64,000 bases of DNA from Chiloscyllium plagiosum (taxonomy: Eukaryota): assembly GCF_004010195.1 (NCBI RefSeq), contig NC_057711.1, positions 69,133,850 to 69,197,849 on the forward strand, given 5' to 3'. The translations under genes and the position numbers were made by a program. This document shows positions 51,500 to 64,000 of this stretch, piece by piece. Below the pieces are notes generated by a model. It did no database searches. It was not told the origin of the DNA and saw only the letters and a program-made list of their open reading frames with translations. Numbering within the stretch: position 1 is the first letter of the stretch; each line of letters begins with the position of its first letter.

Positions 51500-53344
51500 C
51501 CCAAGTGTGCCTTGTATCTTCCCCTATTTGCATTGAAGTCATCAATTTGTATAAGTAGCCTGTATTGTTGTACATGTTCTACTAACTATCTCTGTACTTG
51601 ATAGATATGAATGAAAGATAACCTTCAGTCCATATCTGCCCTGTTTTCTGAGATGCTGGTGATTTACAAAATTGTGACAGCAAGTCATCAGACTTTATAT
51701 TATTTTGCTGATGGTGTTTTTCTTCACATTTATTTGTATAATTGCCACTAATTCCAACCTGAAGTATTCATGAAGCTGACCAGGAATCCCAAAAGGGCCT
51801 TTACAAATTAATTCCAGAGACCTGAAGCTATTTTTGCTTTGATTTGTTCCACATATAAGGTCTTGTCTTTAGTGGTTGAATTGATATTTAAATCCAGTTT
51901 TACTTTTCTCCAAATATAATTTAATTGTATTTAAGTCTTCATCTTTTATATTTGCTAGCAACCTTAATTTTCAGAAGTTATCCATAAGGATAAATAAGTT
52001 GAATTTATTTCTGGAGCCGTCAAAATTTTGCATGAGCAAAAATTGCAGTAAATGTAAACATGAAAATTTACATCAACTTAAATTCAAAATTTACATTTCA
52101 TTTTCAGTACTAATTTTTAAACGTTGTACTTTAAATAACTGTTAAGATTTGGAACCATTTTCATCCACAGTAAAAAAAAATCTGAGATACTGTAGTTATA
52201 GAAATAAACCATCAGTTGAGCATCATGTTCAGAAACGGAAATGTGAATTCATAAGCTCCTTCATTCTTTAGCTCTCTTGTTCATATTTACATCGTTTTAT
52301 ACAAAGACAGTTAGATTTTAGTTACTGTATTTGTAATTCTGCTCAGCTTTTATTGTAGAACAAAAAAGATGAAATGCCTTTAACATTTATTCCACAGGAA
52401 TAAATTTTAACCACTCATTGAGGAACTTCTGATGAAGAGGTCAGGCTCAAATTTACAAAAAGGCACATAAGCCCTTAACCAATTGAATTAACCCCAATGA
52501 TGATTTGGGGTCAAATAGTACATAAAACATATATTAACGGGACTCTGAAAGATCTTGAATGCATTGCAGTAGCAACTTAATTTTCTACATCTTTTTGGTG
52601 CATCAATGCACAACAACAGACAGAAACAATTCTCATGTTTTAGCTGTAATTATAACGTACTCAGTTATATGTGCATGTTAATAAGGCAATCATCCTGCAA
52701 CAAACAAAGGATTCATTGTTTGGAATGAAACAGTGGAATGTAATTGGATCACTGTTAAATGTAAACACAGTATTGTGCATAACCACATGTCTTTTTCTAA
52801 CTCATCCATTTTTTTATGACATATGCCCTGTCCTATGATATTCTGTCATGGTGGTAATCCAGTTGCTATGATATTAAATAATTTTGGGATGGATGACCTA
52901 GAATAGTCATGCGCTTATTTATTCTAAAATGTCTATCACAACAGGTTATACATAGTCTAATCACACCAAACGTTTATTAACTCATTCAGCAATAAGATAC
53001 CATTTGGCATTATTCCCATTGCAATCCTTGGTCCTGGGAGAATGCATCTATGCAAAATGGATGCTAACTGTAACAAGTGACATCACAATGGCAATGTGTA
53101 GTGAATGAGTTAAAATGTCAAAATTTGTAATAGTAAAGATTGTTTCCAGAGGTCCCAGTCACAGTGTTACGGGTTTTAAAAAAAATTGTTCTCATAGATT
53201 TCAGCATCTCCTGCAAATAATACCTGTTTGGGGCTGTTTAAATTGAAATGGTGCCAAGTAGCCTGAAGCTTGACTTGACTTGTTTGTGACTTGTCAATTT
53301 TACCGATTCAATCCATTCTTAAACACATCGTCTTCTTTATGAAG
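51500..53344 (-). other. LOX: LOX 3' UTR (extent uncertain)
   Basis: Repeat-free AT-rich sequence after the stop, with minus-strand AATAAA at 52973-52978, 52918-52923, 52386-52391 and 52349-52354. Confidence 0.6.
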
Positions 53345-53351
53345 TTAGTAT
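53345..53351 (-). CDS. LOX: Lysyl oxidase terminal exon, coding part (A TAC TAA)
   Basis: Minus-strand acceptor cttctcttttcag|ATACTAA completes the phase-2 codon to give Q-Y-stop, matching the terminal Y* of vertebrate LOX; followed by long unique AT-rich sequence. Confidence 0.88.
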
Positions 53352-53984
53352 CTGAAAAGAGAAGTTCAGGTCAATTTTGCTCTTAACCAAACACATTACT
53401 TACAATGAAGCCTGAAGAAGATGTGAAGCTGTTAATATTAAAATACATTAATTTAAAGAGCCATAATTTCTTGGAATAATTTGATACGCAGAGAAGAAAT
53501 GTTTTTACGTTTTGTGCATTAAAATGGAATATTTTAGGTATTAAAGGGATTAGCTTCAATGGTTTGAATGCTCTTCCATCAATCTCATTTTAATTTCTTG
53601 CATCTGATGATTTCAAAGATTCCATGCCGCTTACAGGCCCTTAACTAGCTTATAGCATAGCAATAACAGTTAAAGAGAAAACAAAGTTGCTCAGACTATC
53701 CCATTATAGTAACTCAATAAGAAGTACAGCCACCAGAAGCTGTATAAAAAGGGAAAGAAATGAAGATGCTTTCTGCTATTCAGAGCATTTCTAACTGGAG
53801 GATAGTGCTATATTTCATAAAATAGTCACTTCCAAAATCAGATATGTTACTGTAAACTTTTATCTAGTATTTTGAATGCAATACACAAATCACTTCTATT
53901 ATAATCACTATGAAGCATTTTATAAAAGAAATTCAATTCCTAAGGTACCAATTGAATTATTTTCACACTTTGAAATGTGAGCCA

Positions 53985-54248
53985 GGAGTGGCACAGTGGT
54001 TAGTACAGCGCCAGGGACCTGGGTTTGATTCCAGTCTTGGGTAACTGTTTGGAGTCTGCATGTTCGCCCGCGTGGGTTTCCATCGGGTGCTCCGGTTTCC
54101 TTCCACAATCCAAAGGTGTGCAGGTTGGTGGATTAGCCATGCTAAATGCAGGCTAATCCCATGGGATGGGATGCAGTTTGGAGGGTCAATGTAGACTCAA
54201 TGGGCCGAATAGCATCTATCTGTACTGTAACAATTCTATGAAACTATG
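53985..54248 (+). mobile_element. HE1-type SINE (diverged)
   Basis: gtggcacagtggttagtac head and cgtgggtttcc..gggtgctccggtttcc body. Confidence 0.8.
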
Positions 54249-54272
54249 AATTTTTTCAAATGACACAGCTTT

Positions 54273-54595
54273 GTGGGCGGCACGGTGGCACAGTGGTTAG
54301 CACTGCTGCCTCACAGCTCCAGAGACCCAGGTTCAATTCCTGCCTCAGGTGACTGACTGTGTGGAGTTTGCACATTCTCCCCGTGTCTGCGTGGGTTTCC
54401 TCCGGGTGCTCCGGTTTCCTCCCACAGTCCAAAGATGTGCTGGTCAGGTGAATTGGCCATGCTAAATTGTCCGTAATGTTAGGTAAGGGGGAAATGTAGG
54501 GGTCTGGGTGGTTTGTGCTTCGGCGGGTCGGTGTGGACTTGTTGGGCCGAAGGGCCTGTTTCCACACTGTAAAGTAATCTAATGTAATCTAATCT
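54273..54595 (+). mobile_element. HE1-type tRNA-derived SINE, full length
   Basis: gggcggcacggtggcacagtggttagcactgctgcctcacag head with A/B boxes (ggttcaattcc); LINE-derived tail ending in taatc repeats. Confidence 0.93.
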
Positions 54596-56685
54596 TCCAA
54601 GCCTGGGACTCAAAGATCTAGTGGAGAATACATCAATAGCAATAATGGCTGCCCCATAGCTGTTAAATGCTCATGGAGATTCTGGAGGAAATACTATCTC
54701 AGAGACTTGCTAGCCAATCTGACCAGGTGACAGTTCATAAGGTCCAACAGTACTAGAAGCTGCAGTGGACAGGATTGAGACTATGAGAAGTTCCCAAAGT
54801 CTAAATCCTGGAGTCTAGAACTGGGTAAGTGCGGGGCTCTCAGTTAGCAGGGCGAGGGTTTGGTAGAAGAGAGTGAGGATGTTCATGGGAAGCCAGGTTG
54901 GGAGGGGATGTATGTCAAGGTCAGACCATGTTGGAGGAGGGGGGGTGCTAATGATGATGGGCTGTAAATGGAGCACCCCCCCCCCCCCCCATTCTTATTT
55001 AAGGCTTGAGGAGGTCACTTTCAGAACACACACCCCTCCATTGCTGAACTTCTCCCACCAGCCTGATCATTTGAGATCATAAAGGAAATAGCCCTTAAGT
55101 CAGAACAGATTGGTCACTTAATAGATTGGCCAGTTAACAGCTTTAATTAGCATGCATGAAGATATGCCAAGTGGCCTAGTGCTGTCAACCCAGTGCAGAA
55201 AGATCAGGATGGGTGGGAAGAGTTTTACAGATATCCACCTCCACCTGAAAACCTACCAACAGGGAAATGTAAAATTCTATCTGTGGGAAAAATTGTCAAA
55301 AGAACCCAATTGATTCAGTTAAGAAGCTGGCCACAGCTACATGAGTTGTCATTTGTAAATCTGGGATAGATAAATTTTTGTTATGGAAAGCTATTTAAGG
55401 AACTTAGGCCAATGGCAGGGATATGGAGTTAAGTGACAGATCAGCCATGATCTCATTGAATGATGGAACTGACTGAATGGACTACTCCTGTTTCTAAAAT
55501 AAATGCATGTTTTAATTATTTACAATGAAAGTAATAGGTGATCGTAACAAAGATCTGGCACTGTATCAGAAACAAAACTAACAGAATAATGTAGCACACA
55601 AATGGTATTCTGCTTCTGCACAAGTTGATGATTATATTAGATATTCTTTACAACTAACAATGACAACATGGATTGGGCTAGAACTTTCAAAGTGATGTAT
55701 AATTTGAGAATTGAAAACTGCTTCCATAACTTCAGAAAGTATGCATGCAAAGCGAAAAGTATCCTTTTATGTAGAGATGTGAGAAGCAAGGAAAGCGTTC
55801 AAAAAGGAGGTCATGTCAGCCAGAAGATAGATAGATATTGGTATTTAATAAAGATAAATTAAGAGATGCAAATCTTTAAGGTAATTTTTAAATTATTAAC
55901 ACCAGAGAGTCGAGATATTGGTAAGCCATTTCCAAAAATTCTTTGTATTTCGTTTTGCAACAACTAACTGGTCCAAATGAGCTTTAGTGCTGAGTGTATG
56001 TATCTTATCAATACCCTAAGGATTACAGTGGAGGTATTTATGATGGAGGATCACAGAGACACATGAGTGTACAACGTTTACATTTCTAACTGTTGATATA
56101 TCTGGGTGGAGCAAAATGAACATTGCGGCATTTGTTAGGAATATTTCACAATCATGGTCCTTACCATACCAGAGCTCCAATCCAAAACTGGAGTTATGAT
56201 AGAAAAAAAGTCAAAAAGCGAACTCAGTCATAAGGAAAGCTAGCACTAGAAGAAGGAAAGAGCAGACAGGAGGAATTGCATGCAGTTATAGAGGCTTTTC
56301 AAAAAAGGGCATACACAATGACTGCTGAATGGGAACAGTAATCTGGAATGTTTCTAACAGTAATGAATTCGACTTAGTTTGCCTCATGTGATCAAAATGT
56401 CATTTGTGATGAGTAAGTTTTACAAAAGTCAATAGAGCTATGAACATAACACAGAAAAAAATCAGGTGCAGAGCTGATTGAAATGGAAGAATGAGTTATA
56501 CTGTTGATTCTTGCAAAAGCCCATGTGGTTCACGAATGTCCTGCCATCCTTATCTGATCTATGATTTCAGACGCATAGCAATGTGGTTGACTCTTAACTG
56601 CCCTCTGGGCAATGAGGGATGTGCAATAAATGCTGGGTCTGGCCAGTTATGCACAAGTCCCGTTAAGATTTTTTAAAATGGTGCT

Positions 56686-56991
56686 TAGGATAAATAGACA
56701 AAGTATTTTCCCAGGGGGGAGTCCAGAACTAGAGAGCATAAGTTTCCGGTGAGAGGGGAAAGATATAAAAGAGACCTAAGGGGCAACTTTTTCACGCAGA
56801 GGATGGTGTGCGTGTGGAATGGGATGCCAGAGGAAGTGGTGGAAGCTGGTACAATTACAATATTTCAAAGGCATCTGGGTGGGTATATGAATAGGAAGAG
56901 TTTGGAGGACATGGACCAGGTGCTGGTAGGTGGGACTAGATTGGCATGGACCGAAGGGTCTGTTTCCGTGTTGCACATCTCTATGACTCTA
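56686..56991 (+). mobile_element. CR1 LINE 3' end
   Basis: RGERYKRDLRGNFFTQRMVCVWNGMPEEVVEAG; tail ctctatgactcta. Confidence 0.9.
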
Positions 56992-57552
56992 ATTAATCAA
57001 GATTCATTAATGTTAGATTAATGTCATCTTTGGGAACAGAATACTAGTGTTTTTAATTGTTTTCAATCTTAGGATTTCAGTGGTAGTCTTTCTCACTCAT
57101 TAAATATAGTACTAAAGCATTTATTCTATTCACATTAATTTAATTCCAGACATATAAGTGGCACAATAATGATCAGATAGCCAAATCAGTGACATATATT
57201 GTGTGTGTTTTAGGCTGTTTTAAGGGAAAGCATGACATGTTTCTAGTAAAACATATTGTAATGCCTCAGCTATTAAGTCTACACAAAGACATATATGTAA
57301 TCTGATCTAATGCCAAATACATATTTATCTAATAATGTAATCTCATGTGAATTCTTAGATGATTAATTATAATAAAGCATACAATGATAACTTCAGAATT
57401 TTTGTGAAGTATTAAAATCTATTTTACTAGTCTTTCATACTTTATTTGTTTCTTACATGGAAATTGATTTTAAAAACTGTTTTGCTTTTGAAGAATATTG
57501 AGTACTGATATAATTGCAGTGGATTTAGGATTAGTGTTTTCCTTTAATGTTA

Positions 57553-57707
57553 CAGGAGAACCTGAATTATCCGGAATTCGATTATCCGAATACCAGATTA
57601 TCCGGCAAGATCGCAAGATCCTGATGCTTGGCTAAACTATGTTATCCGGCATCTGATTATCCAGAATTCGATTAACCGATCGAAATACTCCTTGCCCATG
57701 TCCTCTG
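57553..57707. mobile_element. pogo/Tigger-type MITE
   Basis: TA|CAGGAGAACC...TCCTCTG|TA, with six internal TTATCC/TTAACC motifs. Confidence 0.65.
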
Positions 57708-58249
57708 TATATCTCTGTATATCTTTCTTCTAAAATTGCAATATGTCACAGTTTATTTTACACTAGTTTGGATATTTTTATGCAAAGATGTTTGTTTTGA
57801 TGACAAATTAGGAAATTGCCTAGCATTAATATGTAGCTGTTGGGATTAATTGACTGTGTGGATATAAAGACAAAATATCAGGGCCTTCTTGTAGTGGAGT
57901 GGTAGTGTCCCTAACCCTGGCCCAAGAGAACTAGGCTCAAGTCCTGACCTAGAAAAATAGGTTCAATTTTTTAAAAAGGACAAAACAGATGATTTACGGC
58001 TGGTGATTAATAAATAAAAACAATCACGGGTGATTCATGGTGGGGAGAAAACATTCAGTAGTATGAAAGAGCACTTCTAGATATAGGAAAGAAAGGAAAA
58101 AAAAAAGGGGAAACGTGAACTGATCTATGGATGGAACTGTGAGACTGAAAAGTTGATCAAATCCATCTACAAAGAATTGATTTATTTTCACCGAATTGGT
58201 TTGGATCAGAAGTGACCCCTAGGTTTTCTATAATGCCTCAAGCACTTAC

Positions 58250-58579
<330 letters not shown>

Positions 58580-58634
58580 TTAGTATAAAGATATTAAGAA
58601 ATATGCTTCAAATTTCATTCATGTGAAGAGGCTT

Positions 58635-58947
58635 GATTAGATTAGATTACAGTGTGGAAACAGGCCCTTTCGGTCCAACAAGTCCACACCGACCCGCCGA
58701 AGCACAACCCACCCATATCCCTACATTTACCCCTTACCTAACACTACAGGCAATTTAGCATGGTCAATTCATCTGACCTGCACATCTTTGGACTGTGGGA
58801 GGAAACCAGAGCACCCGGAGGAAACCCACGCAGACACGGGGAGAACGTGCAAACTCCACACAGTCAGTCGCCTGAGGCGGGAATTGAACCCGGGTCTCTG
58901 GCGCTGTGAGGCAGCAGTGCTAACCACTGTGCCACCGTGTTGCCCAC
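58635..58947 (-). mobile_element. HE1-type SINE, full length
   Basis: Reverse complement of 54273-54595; (gatta)n tail at 58635. Confidence 0.93.
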
Positions 58948-60471
58948 CTGTGCTGTGAACATTTTTTTTCAAAACCATAAACCACAAATTTCTCCATTTT
59001 TAATCCAACCTTTTGGAGAAGTCTTACATTGTCAGCTATCCTTCAGGGATGCTTTGGAACAGTGAAGTTTTTCTATATGCTTGAGATGTTTTACTGCCTA
59101 TCCCTAATTGTCCTGAAGGCATTAAAATGACTTGTGCTACAAGCAAAATTCACTTGTGTCAAGCTAAATAGAGTGGCTGGTGCCTGAAAGACATTAGTGA
59201 ACTAGTTGGCTTGTTTAAAGAAAATCAGGAAGTTTTCCTGACTATTTTATATAGCAGTTAATACAATTTTGACAGAATTTGCATTTATAACCTGTGTACT
59301 AGTCCAGGAAAATAACCAATACATGTTCAGGCACTTGACTTTTTATTTGGCTGACGAATTTGACTAAAAGTGATTGACACAAGTGCAAGCATGATAGAAT
59401 GAGTCACTATATATTAAAACTGTTTTGTACCTGAGAGTAAAAGTTTAAAAATTTGGACTGTCTAATAAATTTTAATCCAATATTTCTGTACAATGTGTTT
59501 TCCAGTGATCTTTTAAAAGTGCTCGACCACAAAAGACTAGAAAAGAGAATTGAGCACCATTTTGTAATTCAATATTCTTCAAAGGAAATTCATGTAAGTA
59601 TTTTTCTATTTTTATACCTCCTTATGTATATAACATTAACTTAACTCTACTGAATATTATGCTCCATAAGCTTTTTGTTTCAATCATGACAACATGTCAC
59701 ATTCATTGGAAGACTCTCAAATGAATAACAATGATCCCATACAATGGATTCAGAAAATATTAGATCAAAACCAACGCCTGAGTTAGCAGCAAAATAACAA
59801 GCAAATGTGGTTCTCTGCTTCTACCACTAGAGTTAGTTTTTGGAAGTAAGTTGCTGATGTTCAATATGCCATGTACTGAACTCAGCTGTATATCAAGCCA
59901 GGCTCCTTACAGCCATACTGAAGTTGAAGAAATTCTGTAAGTCATCTGCAAATAATTGAAGCAATTTTGCTATCACTGACTTGCATGGATCTTCCCCATC
60001 CATTGCTGAGTAGCTGCAAATATAAATGTTAGAATAATATTCATCTACATTCTTAGTCCAGATAAAAGTAATTCAGAAGGAATGAATCTGACCAAGTAAT
60101 CGTTCGCTAACTAATTGTTTTTAAATTGTAACCCCGCGTGAATTATAGGAAGCCTTATTATATTATAAAATTAATGGTAAATGTCAATCAAGCAAGTCAC
60201 TGCTATAAAAACCTACAATGTAAAAGCTTTGTAACCCCATCACAGCAATTCTAGTCCACATTTCAGACGTGTTGGAGACCTTTTTCTGTTTATCCAAAGA
60301 ACATGATATCTCTGTCAAGCTGATTCTAGGAATTCCAAACATATTGCAAAATTAAATTTCCTTAACCATTTTGACCTGATTCTCTTGTTCAATATATAAA
60401 TTATATGCAAAGAAAACACATAAAGAATCATTGTTAAAATTGAAAATTGCAATATCATTTATTAAAATAAT

Positions 60472-60783
60472 GGGGGTGGCACGGGGGCTCAGTGGTTAGC
60501 ATTGCAGCCTCACAGTACCAGGGATCTGGGTTCGATTCCAGCTTCAGGTGACTGTCTGTGTGGAGTTTGCATGTTCTCCCCGTGTCTGCGTGAGTTTCCT
60601 CTGGGTGCTCTGGGTTCCCCCCACAATCTAAAGATGTGCAGATCAGGTGAATTGGTCATGCTAAAGTGCCCATAGTGTTAGGTGCATTAGTTAGAGGGGG
60701 GGTGGCTGTGGATGGGTTGCTCTTCGGGGGGTTGGTGTGGACTTGTTGGGCCAAAGGGCCTGTTTCTACACTGTAGAGAATCT
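60472..60783 (+). mobile_element. HE1-type SINE
   Basis: Same head, body and tail as 54273-54595. Confidence 0.9.
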
Positions 60784-61389
60784 AAAATTGGCTTTGAGAA
60801 AAGCTAAGCTCTGAGTAATATACTGAAATACACATATAATATATGAGACAGCAGAACAGTAGTACTGTCAGTGGAGTAGGAATCCCAAGGCCCATGCTGA
60901 TTAACGAATTGAAAGCTTGTCTTAGTAATTGTGCCATGCAACTACATAGATTATTGTAAGAGACCATCCGGTTCACTAATGTATCTTAGGGAAGGAAATC
61001 TGCTGTACTTCAACAAAAGTAAAATCTTGCAGATGCTAGAGATCGGAAATAAAAACAAAGTACTGGAAGAATTCAGCAGGTCTGGCATCATCTGGAGAAA
61101 GACAGAGTTAATGTTTCAAGTCCATGAGGAGTGAGGTCCACATCCCATGGAAAAAGAAGAAAAGCAGAAGATCAGCAATTGTAAAATGCCCATTTCCTGG
61201 ATTCCTTGCAAATCCTTTTCCCACTCTACCTGTTGTGATTTTTTTATACATTAGTAGGATATTAAATTTTGTTGTAAATAGAAACAATAGCAGTCTCGAG
61301 ATCAATCCTTTGGAGTCCCAAATTGACATTTCCATATCAACTTGGTAGCATTTTTTGCATTTATAAAAAAAATTATTTTAATTCCTTTG

Positions 61390-61785
61390 GAGTCTTTCAT
61401 CACCACACGACCTCCCCAAAGGGCTTTAAGCCAAATTAAGTACATTGATGTGTTAGTGTAGGAAACCCAGCAGCTAATTTGTGCACAGCATGCTTCTGCT
61501 AACAGCACTGTGATAATGACCAAACAATCTTTGTCTTGTTGATTGATTGGCTAGGACACAGGGGATATTTTTTCTTCCTTTTCAAAACACCCACCTGAGG
61601 AGTGAGACAGACCCTTGTTTAAAATACAATAAATCTGAAATACAATACCTCTGATGGTACAATACTTTCCAATCTGTTTGACTGGACTACCAGTCTTGAA
61701 TTTTGTGCTCAAATATAGAATGGGACTTAATCCCACAGCTTTCTAATTTAGGTGAGTATGCTACCATTTGTGCCACAACTGATAT
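61390..61785 (-). mobile_element. DeuSINE relic in a LOX intron
   Basis: gtaggaaacccagcagctaatttgtgcacagc...gtgataatgacca...ggacacagggg...cacctgag...gggacttaatccca; collinear with 23705-24110. Confidence 0.65.
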
Positions 61786-61851
61786 ACGTTAAAGCTATTT
61801 ATTAGTCAACTTTGATTGGTAACTGCATAATATTATTGATTTTTCACATAC

Positions 61852-62008
61852 CTGTGAATGTGCTGTACAAGCGTATCTTCTGTAATACCCATAATCACAA
61901 GAGGTGTCCTCCAGACAAAAACTGGCTTTGTGTCCTTCAGCAACTTTTCTATGTGTGGTGGCATCCAAGAGATCATAATGGCTGAATTCATCCATGCTGT
62001 GGTAGTGC
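61852..62008 (-). CDS. LOX: Lysyl oxidase coding exon (157 bp; Cu-binding His, LTQ lysine)
   Basis: Minus-strand acceptor tttttaatcatag and donor CAG|gtatgt; [52 protein letters not shown]. Confidence 0.97.
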
Positions 62009-62475
62009 CTATGATTAAAAAAAAAACTGCAGTACTACTGTGCTTAAATACAAATAACAAATAACATTATTGGAATCTCAGTACTCTCAGGCTGTAGATG
62101 TTAACTAGTTAAACTCCAACTATACTTGGGCATATATTTGGGAATACCTAAATTTCTGCTCGGTCAACTTGTGCCGAAACCTTCTTGATTTGGTACATGG
62201 TATGTTCCACCATGGAGAGAGAGAGAGAGAGCCTTATATACATGATCTAATATTCTGGAAATTCTACCTGGCTGGATTGTTGAGTGGGTTAATTTGGAGG
62301 CTTTAAAATTGGTATCTGTTTCTGTGCACGCTAGCCAATCAGTCGACAAAAAGCAAAGCTGTAGTTACAGTTTTCCCTTTGTAATTACTGTACATTGAAT
62401 TCCAAGCCTATATAAAGAAATAGATAAAAAGCAGATTAACATAAAGCAGAACAGGAATAATGAATCATACAGCAG

Positions 62476-62605
62476 AGTCTGTGAGAAGATTTGTAGCTCA
62501 GGTGCTCATTGTTGTGGTTCTGTTCGCCGAGCTGGGAATTTGTGTTGCAGACATTTCGTCCCCTGTCTAGGTGACATCCTCAGTGCTTGGGAGCCTCCTG
62601 TGAAG
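62476..62605 (-). mobile_element. Solo Penelope family B pseudo-LTR with hammerhead motif
   Basis: Near-identical to 34103-34231; the motif at 62547-62586 has GAAAT instead of GAAAC. Confidence 0.88.
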
Positions 62606-64000
62606 GAGATTGCAGATTGCAAAGGTGATCTGGCAAGTAGGGCTGCAAGGGCAAGTCAAATTAAGTTGTGAAAGAAAATGTCATTATTAGCTTTGACTAA
62701 ATAGTTTGCCAACTGAACTATTTGGTAATGGGTTATGAATATTTTTAACTAAAGTTATGTAGCAATTTAGTTATAATATTGAATAGTTGCACTTTCATAC
62801 GAACGGGAGATTTTTCTTCAACAATATTATTTTCATGAAAGACAGACTTGCATATATATTGAGCTTTTTGAGATGTTCCAAATTGGTTTCCAAAATGAAG
62901 TACTTTTGAAAGGAGGATTCTGCCATAAAATAGGAAATGCAACAGCAAATTGGGCACAGCAAGCTCCCACAATATGATAATAACTAGAAATGGGGTGTCA
63001 CTTTATTTTTGAGCAATGTTATCGAAATCAAAGCTCTGTTTGTGCCAAAGCTTCCAACTAGCTTTGGAACCTCTATGTTTACTACAGATCAGACAGAGAT
63101 CTGCACACTTATCTGGTATGTAACAGCCAGAAAATAATGTTTCGTGTACAAAGTCACACAAAGACCTACAAAGAAAATGATTGCAGAAAACATTGTTCCT
63201 TTTTACAATAGTCGCTTTTGTATGCTTAGTTTAAATGTCTAGTGTGAGCATTGGAATAATGTGATTGAGAGGATAAATGGGCAGGTGGGTAAGGTAAGTG
63301 GATAAGCTGGGCAAGGCTGTAGGTGGGTAGGCTAATAGATGCATGAGTTGGCAGTGTTAGAATGGCAAGTTTGTCTGGAGAAGTAGTCAGGTTGAGGAGT
63401 CAGATTGAGGAAGAGCAATAGTTTGATCATGAAAGGGTACTCATGTAAGGGAGGTAGTCACTTTACTGGCTGGTCAGGTCAGATTGAGAGGGGTCATTGG
63501 GTGGTGAGGATAGTCAACTCATAGTCTGATGATAATACGGTATCCAGGTTGGCATTTGCGTATGGTGGGGGTGGTATTCAGGTCAAATCAGGAGGGGATT
63601 GGGGCTTAGCATAGTCAAAACAGGTAGTTGATGGGTTCAATGTATGCAATGATGGCAGTGGTGGTATGGGCAGTCAATTGTGTAGTTACCCAGCAGTTAG
63701 ACGAGGACCACTGTTTCCAATGTTTCTGGTTAACTATCCAGCTAAGTACATCACAATTGCTGAAATCTCAAACACTAGTTCATAGTCAGGCACTTCTATG
63801 GGGGTCCAAGAGAGCAGGGTATTTACCCATCAGGAGTTCAAACATTTGAGCAATTTCTATGAAAGTAAGTACATTGGGTCTTTGGATCCCTGATACATCT
63901 CATTTCCAATGTTCCAGAAGTTCAAAGATCCGGGCACTATTTGTCATAATAACAAGATTCCCCAAAATCTACAACTAGTACCTTAGAAACCTATTTCACA

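Noticed and set aside
52425..52456. CTGATGA-AGAG...CTC hammerhead-like motif in the LOX 3' UTR region
   Set aside because: Lacks the GAAA box and PLE flanks, and is antisense to LOX; chance or too decayed to call.
54273..54350. tRNA gene
   Set aside because: tRNA-derived SINE head with no complete cloverleaf; it continues into the SINE body.
63265..63800. G-rich tract with loose ggtagtcagg-like repeats
   Set aside because: No definable unit, TIR or ORF; probably an old unclassified repeat, as at about 9170-9700, 10600-10950 and 54600-55280.

Overview
Vertebrate genomic DNA, almost certainly from an elasmobranch (shark), judged from HE1-type SINEs, CR1 LINEs and DeuSINE relics. It holds the 3' halves of two convergent genes. 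SRFBP1 (+) contributes four coding exons at 22048-30211, ending in the BUD22-type C-terminus. Lysyl oxidase LOX (-) contributes four coding exons at 62008-53345 with the Cu-binding HYH and the LTQ Lys/Tyr residues. All splice sites are GT-AG and phase-consistent; the upstream exons of both genes were not found in the window. The rest is dense transposon debris (CR1, L2-like, RTE, Rex/Babar-like, Gypsy, Penelope-like, a pogo-type MITE, SINEs) plus two N gaps. Most notable: about a dozen minimal hammerhead-ribozyme motifs from three Penelope-like families, several carried on small inserts (99-222 bp, plus one ~0.8 kb foldback) with 10-16 bp target-site duplications; a candidate alternative last exon for LOX; and a compact HRE/STAT/TEAD motif cluster downstream of LOX. 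All family assignments come from recognising motifs by eye, with no database searches, and repeat boundaries are approximate.
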